The notes beneath the pieces were generated by a model. The model did not search any database and was not told where the DNA came from. It saw nothing but the letters and a program-made list of their open reading frames with translations. 48,296 nucleotides of DNA. It comes from a virus (Duplodnaviria; Caudoviricetes). This document shows positions 1 to 10,000 of the stretch, in pieces. How positions within the stretch are numbered: position 1 is the first letter of the stretch; every line of letters starts with the position of its first letter. A program made the translations under genes and the position numbers. The stretch covers positions 1 through 48,296 of IMG/VR virus record IMGVR_UViG_3300030708_000704, one strand, 5' to 3'.

Positions 1-60
1 AAGTATGCTGCTAGTTCCCGCAATAACAAGAAGAAGCGTTATCGTGGGCAAGGCAAGTAA
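1..60 (+). CDS. 3' end of a small Lys/Arg-rich protein (partial)
   Basis: Frame 1 reads KYAASSRNNKKKRYRGQGK* with TAA at 58-60. It resembles the small basic hypothetical found upstream of gp25 in T4-like cyanophages (recalled, not searched). Confidence 0.7.
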   Translation, partial: KYAASSRNNKKKRYRGQGK

Positions 61-432
61 TTGTACTCTTTAACGCTGTACACCTATCTCGCTCCCAGTA
101 AAGTCTGTGAGGGGGTAGGTGTTTTTTCTTTAGTAGAGATTCCGAAGGACACTTGTATATTCACTCCTGCAAAGCAGCAGTATGTACTGTGGACTGATGT
201 TGATGAAAGTTTAAGACCACGATTAGAAACCCTGACTTATTGCGACGAGGATGGGTTTTGGATTGATAGTGACTTGGACAAACTAGGTCCACAGTATTAT
301 ATCAATCACTCACATAGTCCAAATGTCGCATATAATAAAGACACTGGTAAACTCTATGCTATTAAGGATATTCCTGCTGGTGTAGAACTCACTGATTATT
401 ATTTCCCAGGAGAAAGAGATTGGCATACCTAA
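61..432 (+). CDS. Stand-alone SET-domain protein (putative protein lysine methyltransferase)
   Basis: All three SET signature motifs appear in order: GVGVFSLVEIPK (GxG/SAM), YINHSHSPNV (NHSxxPN) and AIKDIPAGVELTDYY (ELxxxY). TTG start; no post-SET Cys cluster. Confidence 0.85.
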   Translation: MYSLTLYTYLAPSKVCEGVGVFSLVEIPKDTCIFTPAKQQYVLWTDVDESLRPRLETLTYCDEDGFWIDSDLDKLGPQYYINHSHSPNVAYNKDTGKLYAIKDIPAGVELTDYYFPGERDWHT

Positions 433-1049
433 ACCATAGTCTCCCTGATTGGTCTTGTTACATGCGTAATGAGTTCTTGTACAATCACAAGAAAGGTCAT
501 GGAGAAGTAACAAAATGCGATGTACATACTGTTGCTAGTATCGAGAAACGAGTGCCTTTGTTTGAGGCATTCCTAGAGAATGGTGTCAACTGGACCAGGA
601 GACCTCTCCATGCCTTCTGCTGGCGTCCTGATGCAGAGATAGAACCTCTGGAGACCATTATGTACTGGGACTGCTTCTCGCCCTATGTGGATGTACAGAG
701 GCGTCATCGTCTTGCAGGACTACAAGCAGAACTAATTCGTCCTGATAACAAGAAAGTCTTGGGTGAATACATGTTTACCCTAGATTGGTCATGGGAGAAC
801 AAGGGAGTTCCTGACTTAAACTTCTCTGAGACACCTGAGCATAAGTGTGCTCACTTGTTTAAGGTGGAGACAGGTAACTACTATGCCTATCCAAACAATC
901 GTATCATTTGGTATGATGATGCATGGGTGTTTGATAGGATTGACAAGAACCCAGGCTACGAGATCGATCTCACGGTATACTCAGTAGAGAACAAGCGTAA
1001 ACTGCAAACTTCTGATCATTACATGTATGAGGTTAAAAACCTAGAATGA
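420..1049 (+). CDS. Conserved hypothetical phage protein
   Basis: 209-aa ORF, TTG start preceded by GGAGAAAGAG. Has Trp/Cys/His motifs (WDCFS, EHKCAH, YPNNRIIW). No function recognised. Confidence 0.75.
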   Translation: MAYLNHSLPDWSCYMRNEFLYNHKKGHGEVTKCDVHTVASIEKRVPLFEAFLENGVNWTRRPLHAFCWRPDAEIEPLETIMYWDCFSPYVDVQRRHRLAGLQAELIRPDNKKVLGEYMFTLDWSWENKGVPDLNFSETPEHKCAHLFKVETGNYYAYPNNRIIWYDDAWVFDRIDKNPGYEIDLTVYSVENKRKLQTSDHYMYEVKNLE

Positions 1050-1591
1050 AAAAGAAACCTACAATAACAGTAATTGATGATTGTATCTCCAAGGGATATC
1101 AGAACTTTGTTGAGTCAACCCTAGAGAATCCTGAGTTCCCTTGGTATTTCAATTCTCAGATCTCAGTTCCTGGATCCAGTGACCCTAACACTGGGTTCTC
1201 TCACACTGCATTCAGGAACTATGAGAATGACAAGGGTCAAAGTCGATACTTCGAGATCTTGCTTCCAGTTCTATTTGAAGCAATTGATAGATATAAGAAG
1301 GGACATGAAGTTCAGGATGTATACAGGATTCGTCCTGCGATGTTTGTGAAGAACCAGAATGATGGTAATCATGTAGCACACATTGATCAACAATACAAAC
1401 ATCATGTAATGTTGTACTATGTGAAGGATAGTGATGGTCCTACACTATTCTTTGATGATGATAAAGTTATCAAACAGATTCATCCGAAGAAGGGTAGGTG
1501 TGTTATATTTCCTGGAGAGATTTACCACGCATCATCATGTCCTAGGGAACATGGTAACAGAGTCGTAATCAATTACAATTTTCTATTATAA
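1046..1591 (+). CDS. 2OG-Fe(II) oxygenase superfamily protein
   Basis: HID (HxD) iron motif, LYYVKDSDGPT, then PKKGRCVIFPG..YHASSCP...R.VINYN supplying the distal His and the 2OG-binding Arg. ATGA overlap with the previous gene. Confidence 0.8.
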   Translation: MKKKPTITVIDDCISKGYQNFVESTLENPEFPWYFNSQISVPGSSDPNTGFSHTAFRNYENDKGQSRYFEILLPVLFEAIDRYKKGHEVQDVYRIRPAMFVKNQNDGNHVAHIDQQYKHHVMLYYVKDSDGPTLFFDDDKVIKQIHPKKGRCVIFPGEIYHASSCPREHGNRVVINYNFLL

Positions 1592-1594
1592 GTA
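1587..1594 (+). promoter_or_regulatory. Possible T4-like late promoter variant TATAAGTA
   Basis: One mismatch to TATAAATA; overlaps the stop of the oxygenase gene. Confidence 0.3.
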
Positions 1595-1630
1595 ATAATG
1601 CTGAACGAAAACTACGGACGGAGACCACTA

Positions 1631-1801
1631 ATGGACAAGCGAGTAGACAAAGGTGAAGACTTTAAGAATTCAGGAATGACTCTTATCACCGAAGTTGACA
1701 GCGAGCGTCATTTGAGGAGAGCGAAAAAGTTGAAAGATGTCAAAGAGGGAGAGATCTTTGACAACCAGGAAGAATGGGCAGATGGGTTCTGTGGCAAGTG
1801 A
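1631..1801 (+). CDS. Small hypothetical protein
   Basis: The ORF track gives 1598-1801, but the ATG at 1631 (MDKRVDKG...) is preceded by GGAG and is the likelier start. Confidence 0.65.
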   Translation: MDKRVDKGEDFKNSGMTLITEVDSERHLRRAKKLKDVKEGEIFDNQEEWADGFCGK

Positions 1802-1807
1802 TAAATA
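1800..1807 (+). promoter_or_regulatory. T4-like late promoter variant GATAAATA upstream of gp25
   Basis: 7/8 match to the gp55 consensus TATAAATA, about 26 nt before the gp25 ATG. Confidence 0.6.
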
Positions 1808-1833
1808 GAATTAGCTAAGTCTAGTTCTGTGCC

Positions 1834-2226
1834 ATGCCTACTGTTCAGACATTCAAAGATTTGAGTGTCACTTTTAAGAAACACCCTGTCAACGATGATC
1901 TCATTGTTGTCAAGGATAAGGCAGCTATTGCACAGTCTCTCAAGAATCTTTTGTTAACAAACAAAGGTGAAAGACCATTTCAACCTGAATTAGGGTGCGA
2001 TATTGCTAAGATGCTGTTTGAACCATTGGATTATGGTTCAGCAGCAATCTTAAAAGGTGAGATTACCAATACTATTGGTCGTTTTGAACCACGCATTACT
2101 ATTGACAATATTATCTGTCTTCCTGATGAAGGAAACAACGGTTACGAAGTGGAACTCTCTTATAGCATCATTGGCAGAGAGGATAGACCAGTCACTGTTG
2201 AATTTTTCCTAGAGAGAACACGATAA
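1834..2226 (+). CDS. gp25: Baseplate wedge subunit gp25
   Basis: FKDL...AIAQSLKNLLLTNKGERPFQPELG...FEPRI is the gp25/GPW signature; directly precedes gp6. Confidence 0.93.
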   Translation: MPTVQTFKDLSVTFKKHPVNDDLIVVKDKAAIAQSLKNLLLTNKGERPFQPELGCDIAKMLFEPLDYGSAAILKGEITNTIGRFEPRITIDNIICLPDEGNNGYEVELSYSIIGREDRPVTVEFFLERTR

Positions 2227-4029
2227 ATGCCATACGCACAGGTAGCTAATCTAGATTTTGAGGATATCAAGTCAAGTATTAAGGAGTATCTGAGATCAAC
2301 CTCAGACTTTACTGACTATGACTTTGAAGGTTCTGCTTTTGCAACCCTCATTGATGTGTTGGCATACAACACATATTACACAGCATTTAACACCAACATG
2401 GTGGCGAATGAACTGTTCCTCAGTTCTGCTACCCTGAGGGATAATGTTGTCTCTATTGCAAAGCAGTTGGGATATAGACCCAAGTCTATTACCTCACCTG
2501 TAGCATATGTAACTTTCGATGTTGCTTATGCCGCAACTACTACTGACACTGAGTTAATTCTAAAAGCAGGTACAGGATTTGTTACCTCTTATGATAACAC
2601 TCTATATCAGTATGTTGCAGTCAAGGATGTTAAGGCACAAGTTGTAAACAATGTCGCGACATTCACTAATGTACCTGTCAGAGAAGGTAGTTACATTACT
2701 AACACTAGTATTGTCAATACTGCACTTAAGAATCAGCGTTATGTTATTGACAACCCTGGTGTAGACACCAATACAATTACCGTTAAGGTATATGAGGATG
2801 TAAACTCTACTGTGTTTGAAGAGTTTCTTCTTATTGACAATATTTTAAATGCTACTCCTACCTCTAAGATTTTTCACCTAGAAGAGATTGAAGACGAGAG
2901 ATATGAACTCGTCTTTGGTGATGGTGTTATTGGTAGAGCACTGCAGAATGCTGAGAAGGTAGAGATCAGTTATCTAATCACCAATGGTCCTGCCTCTAAC
3001 GGCGTCAAATCGTTTTCATTCAACGGTAGGGTAGAGAATGCCAATGGAGTCTCTCCTGCCTCTCCTACGGTCACTATCGACGCTTCTGCAACGGTTGCAT
3101 CTGCAGGTGGCGAGAACATTGAGACTCTTGATAAGATTAAGTACACTGCACCTAGAGCATATGCTGCACAGAACAGGGCAGTGACTTCTAATGACTATGA
3201 TGCACTGATTCGTAACATCTATCCTGCAGTAAGTGACACTATTATCTTTGGTGGTGAGGATCAGGATCCACCTCAGTATGGTCGTGTATACATTGCTATC
3301 AAACCAGAGGATGCTGCATACCTAACGAGTGTTACAAAGGCAGAGATCAAGCGAGAACTGAAGAAGTACAGTGTTGCTTCTGTTATTCCTGAATTGATTG
3401 ACCCATCCATCTTGTATGTTGAGTTGGGTAGTAAGATCTTCTATGACAGAAGTAAGACTAGTGACAAACCTGCTCAGATTCAATCTAAGGTAATTGGTGC
3501 TGTCCAAGCATACATCGATGGATCTGACACAGAGAAGTTCAACGGTAAATTTAGATACAGTAAAGCGATTGCTGTCATTGATAATACAGATGTATCAATT
3601 AACTCAAACTTGACTTCTGTTACAATGAGAAAGGACTTCATTCCTGTTCTCAATAGCACTACATTCTATGAGATTTGTTATCAGAATGCATTCCTGGATG
3701 ATGACGATCCTGTAGTCTCTTCGACGGGTTTTGTTGTTACCGAATATCCCAATTATACTGTCTATTTGGAAGATAGGTTGGGCAAAATCGTCCTATATAG
3801 GATAGACTCTGCTACTGGTCAAAAAGTAGTCTTGAACGACTTTGTGGGCACAGTAGATTATGAAAAAGGCGAAATCAAAATGAATGATCTTACGATCATT
3901 AAAGGGTCTTTCGTTGATAACAGAATTCAGTTGAGAGTTCTGCCTAGACAGAATGATATTATTGCTTCAAGAGAAGTATATCTTGATGTTGATATTGCAA
4001 ACAGTAGTTTTATTGCTTACGCAGAGTAA
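2227..4029 (+). CDS. gp6: Baseplate wedge protein gp6
   Basis: LDFEDIK..., FTDYDFEGS, LAYNTYY, SIAKQLGYRPKS, FGDGVIG and QNRAVTSNDY are typical T4 gp6 motifs; 600 aa. Confidence 0.93.
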   Translation: MPYAQVANLDFEDIKSSIKEYLRSTSDFTDYDFEGSAFATLIDVLAYNTYYTAFNTNMVANELFLSSATLRDNVVSIAKQLGYRPKSITSPVAYVTFDVAYAATTTDTELILKAGTGFVTSYDNTLYQYVAVKDVKAQVVNNVATFTNVPVREGSYITNTSIVNTALKNQRYVIDNPGVDTNTITVKVYEDVNSTVFEEFLLIDNILNATPTSKIFHLEEIEDERYELVFGDGVIGRALQNAEKVEISYLITNGPASNGVKSFSFNGRVENANGVSPASPTVTIDASATVASAGGENIETLDKIKYTAPRAYAAQNRAVTSNDYDALIRNIYPAVSDTIIFGGEDQDPPQYGRVYIAIKPEDAAYLTSVTKAEIKRELKKYSVASVIPELIDPSILYVELGSKIFYDRSKTSDKPAQIQSKVIGAVQAYIDGSDTEKFNGKFRYSKAIAVIDNTDVSINSNLTSVTMRKDFIPVLNSTTFYEICYQNAFLDDDDPVVSSTGFVVTEYPNYTVYLEDRLGKIVLYRIDSATGQKVVLNDFVGTVDYEKGEIKMNDLTIIKGSFVDNRIQLRVLPRQNDIIASREVYLDVDIANSSFIAYAE

Positions 4030-4034
4030 TATAG

Positions 4035-7000
4035 ATGGCGGTAACAAAGAGATCAATTTCAACTCTGATTGAGACTCAACTCCCAGAGTTTATTAATACC
4101 GAGTATGAATTATTTGGTAACTTCCTTACCAGATATTACGAGAGCCTTGAGATTCAAGGTGGTCCGCTTGATATTGCCAATAATTTAGATGTTTATACAA
4201 ACATCGATTACTATGAAAGCAATCTATTAAAACAAAGTACGACTCTAAATGGCAATCACTCTGCGTCTGAGACTACACTAGTCGTAGACGATGCTACTTC
4301 ATTCCCAGAAGAGAATGGATATATCAAAATTGGAAGTGAAATCTGTTTTTATAAAACACGAACTGCCAATTCTTTTGTAGATGTTAGAAGAGGCGTTAGT
4401 GGTAATACTAAACTAGGTGACTTATATTATAGCACCGAATATTCTACTAGTCAAGCATCGACCCACTCTGGTGGAGAACTAGTACAGAATATTAGCAATC
4501 TATTTTTGTATGCGCTCGTCAAGAACTTTGAAGAGCAGTATCTAGCATCCTTCCCTGAGAAGTATCTGAAGAATGCTGTAGATAAGAGAACACTTATCAA
4601 GAATATCGGTCAGTTTTACAGATCGAAAGGCACAGAACAGTCTATTCAGTTCCTGTTCAATACTGTTGTAGAAGGTGGCGTTGAGAATAGACCCACTGTA
4701 TACAATCCATCAGATTTCACATACAAGTCTTCTAATTCTGACTGGACACAGGGATATGCATTGCGTGTCAAAGTCCTTTCTGGTGATGTTACCAGTCTAG
4801 TAGGAAAAGTAATTACCCAAGAAGCAAGTGATACCTATGGATTTGCTTCTGCTACTGTTGATAATGTAAGATTCGATTCTCAAGTTGACGATGAAGATAC
4901 TTATAACCTATTCCTTGCTACAGAAACATTAAACGGCACTTTTGAGATTACTACTAAAACCGAATTGACTCAGCAGATTTCTTCTGCTGCAGTTCCTGGT
5001 GATAGAGTCAATGTAGTATCTACATTAGGATGGAAGAACAATGGTTCCTTACTAATTGGTGGCGAGACATTTACATTTGCTGATAAGAATGTAACGCAGT
5101 TTACTATCGAGACAAGAACTCAAGCAACTACACATGCTGTAGGAACTCCTGTCTATGATCCTATTGTAATTGGTAACTCTGATGTTACCATGCTAGTATT
5201 TGGGTTAGTATACAACCTAACCCCTACAAATCCTCAACCAAACGCTTCTGTTGGTGACAGGATTGAAGTATCAAACCCAGGATTTGAAACTCAAGATAGC
5301 AGAATTGTTTCTTCCACTGGTTTGAGATGGCGTTTATCTCCTACGAATGCACGACCAACATCTCCAACAAATCCCACATATACTAGCGGTCTCTCTAATC
5401 TTTCTACTGATGTGTCTGCTATATTCGCAGATGACCAATTCTATTATATTGCTTCTTCTGGATATCCATCATATACTATTCTTGACAATGTAACTTCTAT
5501 TCCTGGACCTCTTGCCGATCAAAAAATTCTCAAGTTAATTAGAAAGGAATCTATTAATACGACTGAGATTTACAAGACACCAACAAATGATTTTGGTATT
5601 TTCGTTAATGGTGTTAGAGCATATGGATACAAAGATACCGAAGAAGTCAATTTTGGTAGACTAGAAGAAATTAAAGTTCTTTCTCAAGGTGTCAACTACA
5701 GAAATGCTCCATATGTTTTGATTAATGGTGTTTCTGGAAGAGCGATTGCAAAACTGGCAGGACAGTTCGTAGAATCTATTGAGATTTTAGAAGAAGGACT
5801 ATATGGCAAAATTCCTACAGTAGAACTTACTTCTGGTAGAGGTGCTTCTGTGAGAGCAACTGTTACTGGTGGACAAGTAACTGATTTGCAAATTGATAAT
5901 GGCGGTGAGTATTATTCAACTCCTCCATCGGTAATCATTAGAGATAAAGCGGGTCAAGGTAGACTTGCAGAGTGGACAGCAGAAGTAACTAATGGTGTAG
6001 TTACAGGGTTTACTCAAATTAATGGTGGTGCTTTCTACACACAAGAGAATGTAGAAGTTGTTATTGCTCCTATTGGTGCTAATGCAAAAGCAGAAGCAAA
6101 AATTACTACATGGACCAAAGATCGTATTAAGAATCTAGGTTCTAGTTTAGATGATAACAATGGTTATGTTTTCTTGAATCGCAATAATGCATTAGAATAT
6201 GGTTATGCACATATTGCTAATCCAAAGTCTTTAAGAGTTGCATTAAATGATAATCTAGATGCTTTAGGTCAAGAACCTGCAACCAAAACTCACTCTCCTA
6301 TTCTGGGATTTGCATATGATGGCAATCCTATCTATGGTCCTTTTGGATATACAGATCCTCTAGATTCTTCTGGTTCTGTTTCTAGAATGACCAGTAGTTA
6401 TGGTCTTAGAACTGCAAGACAGTTCGGTCCAACTGCTGATCAGTATGCATTAGGAACATTTGTACAAGACTATGAGTACAGACACAAGAGTGGCACACTA
6501 GATGAAAACAATGGTAGATACTGTGTAACTCCAGATTTCCCAGAAGGAACCTATGCCTATTTCCTTACAATTGAGGAAGATCAAACTCCTGTGTTCCCAT
6601 ACATTATTGGAGAGAATTTCTATTCTCTGCCAGTAGATTCTAACTATAACACAAATCTAAATCAAACTAACATCTCTAGAAATGTACAGAGATTGTTTAC
6701 TCCTGGTCTTCCATCCAATGGTGGTGGATTCAATGGTGAAGTACAAGATCTAGAGTCTGGAAGTATCGATAGTGTAGAGGTTGTTGAATCAACATCGACA
6801 TTCTCAGTAGGTTCGGAACTTCTGTTTGATAACAGTGGAACTGAAGGATCTGATGTAGAAGCAACAGTATCTTCTGTTAATGGTCAAACTGTCTCAAGAT
6901 TGGACAGTTTTGAGACAAAAGCAGTAAAACTCACAATCACACTTCCTTCTTATGTGTTTGAGAATGATACTCTCAGACAACCTGGATCTGGTGCTTATGG

Positions 7001-10000
7001 TACTATTGTAGGTACAATCAGAAATGATAATACTATTCTTGTCACAGATGTTCATGGCAAGTTTAATAACAGTGCTGCTTTTGCTACTGATATCAAAGTA
7101 TTGAGACTGACTTTAGATAAACCTTCTAGTTATGCTCAGGGTTCTGTATTGTCTTTGACTGATGGTGTTGTAACTGTCAGTGCAACTGGTGAAGTTCTAG
7201 AAAGTGTTTCTGAAGGAAATACTGTTCTTGTCAAGGTGCTGTCGGGAACATTCCAAGATCAAGATACATTGGATAGTTTCCTAAAGAGTGACAATCTATC
7301 AGATACCTCTGGTTCTAAGATTGATGACATTGATTATCTAAGTGATGGTTTGATTCCATTTGATATTGATGATAATATCGCGTTAGTTACTACTAGCGAA
7401 GATCACAATCTGGGTATTGGTGATATTGTCAATGTATCTGTTAATCCAGATGATAATACAAAAACTGTCACATATTATGTAAGAAAGAGAATTTATCAAG
7501 AAGTAGAACTCAGAACACCTGTGTATGACACTACTGTTGATTACAGTGGTATTGGTAGATTGCTTATCTTTAACGCAGGTCTTCTATATCCAGTTGGAAC
7601 ATACACCAATGTCGAAGTAACTGGTGGTAGTGGAGAAAATGCTACTGTTACTGTTGTTGTAAGTCCTTTAAATTCTGGAGATGCTACTGGATATGTTTCT
7701 AGTGTACAAATCCAAAATGGCGGTACTGGATATAAGAGAGGAGATGTCCTTTCTATTGCAGATGCTGATCTAAATCGAGTATCAGGATCATCTACACAAG
7801 TAGTTAAATTCTATGTTGATCATGTAGGTGTCTCTACTGTGGCGACAACTATTGATGTTGTCAGTGCTGCAGATTATGCTAATAATGATTTACTTCTTAT
7901 TGATGATGAAATTGTCAAGATTATCTCGATTGTTAATAACCAAGTTGGCAATGACACTCTGACTGTAGAAAGGGCACAAGAAGGAACTACTGCGGTAGAC
8001 CACTATGATGGTGCTCCTGTTTCAATCTATAAACCTGGATATAATTTAAGCAGCACATATAGTGTAAATGGCAGTGAGACTATTATCTACGATAGAGATC
8101 AACAGAAACTTCTGGTTATCTATCCATCTACTCAAACTTTAGGTGCTCTGCAACCTATTACAACACAAACTAGTTTCTTCGACGAAAGCACACCTAGAAA
8201 GTTTGTCACTGTAGTTAATGCAACAACACCAGAAAATAGATTTGAATTTAAATTAGATCCATCTCTAAGTATCTTTAGTACAGACGCACCTAACAACTTT
8301 GTATCTGAATGGACAGTTAATCCAATCATTCAGGTTCAGGAAGCATATCGTTATGTGTTTGACACCTCGGATGCTTCTTTGACTGGTTCTCATCTTGACT
8401 TTAGTCCTAGTGGAAACTTCAACCTAATTTCTATCGAGAAAAAAGAATCAACAGTAGCACAAGGAAATGCTGGTTCTTTTGTTGATATGAAATTTGGATT
8501 TGGTTCTAGATTCTCAACAAACACATATACAGAGAGACAACAATCCAATTTCTCTAATTTCTTCTACTTCGATCGCAATGGATCTATTTCTAGCAATGGT
8601 TCTTATCTGAGAATTGTTAGAGATCCTCTTGCTGGAAGAAATACTGTTAATTTTGTTTCTCCAAGATCTTTCTCATACTCTCTATCAGCAGAACCACAAT
8701 GGGATGGATCTGGAACTATCTCTTACACCACAACAGGACAATTTGCTGTTGGAAGTATTGACGCAGTATCTGTACAAAATATTGGTGCCAATTATAAAAA
8801 GGTTCCAATTGTTCTTGGTGTCTATCCAAACACTAAGAAGACAGCAACTGCTACAGTTGATTTTGATTCAACATTTAAAACAATCACTGGAGTAACCGTA
8901 ACCAATACTGGAAGTGATTATGTTAATCCAAAAGTAATTATTTTGGATGGTGATGGGAAGAATGCAGAGTTCAAAATTACTTCCAGAGATGGAAAAGTAT
9001 TGGACATTGTTGTTGTTTCTCCTGGAACTGGATATACTAAAGCGCCCACTATTGCAATAGTCGAATCTTCCATAAAACTATTTGCACAGGGTAGTAGAGT
9101 TGGTCTACCTAAGAATATTAAAATTATTAAAAATGGAAGTTCTTTCCACAATGATAAAACAATTCTTCCTGAGTATACTGGAAGTTATGTTTTGGTTGTT
9201 AAAGGATATACTGGAAACTTCCTCAGAGGTGAAAATGTATCACAAACTGTAAATGGTCAAGAAGTATTCTCTGCTGTTGTTAGAGAATGGAGAGATGGAT
9301 CTAATTTACTTAAACTTTCTAACATCAAAGGAAAATTAAGAAATGGTGTTTCTCTGCAAAGTAAGATTTCAAAACAAAGTGTTACTTTCCATAGAACTTT
9401 CGTAACTCCATTTACAATTGACCTAAAACCATATGCAGATAATACTGGAAGATTTACTTCCGATAAGGGCAGAATTGGTAATGCAAACCAAAGAATTACA
9501 GATTCGTTCTTCTATCAAGATTATTCTTATGTTGTAAAGTCTAGATCTTCAATTGATTCTTGGAGAGAACTAGTAAAAGAAACAACACACCCCGCAGGAT
9601 TTAAACTGTTTGGTGAAGTAATTATTGATCCTAAGATTGAAGCGCCAAATGGTATTGAAATGCCAGAGGCATTACCAAAGGCAGATCATTTTTCTATCAT
9701 TGAACTTTGGGATCCACAGAAAAACAAAATTACTGTAGAGAGCACAAAGAGAACTTTAACTCAGACTATTATTTCTACAGAGGACTATCGTTCTATTAGA
9801 GGTTCTGGTTCTGTTGATGTAAATGAATTTGATTTACAAACTTTACGAGCAAGAGAACTATCACTCGTTCAGAATGCAAATGATCCAAGTCCATTTGATG
9901 GTACTTTTAATGCTGATGGTCAATTAGTAGGAACCAAGACATTTACATTATATAATGGAGGAACACCATATTCTCCATATAGCACAGAGAATGTAATTGT

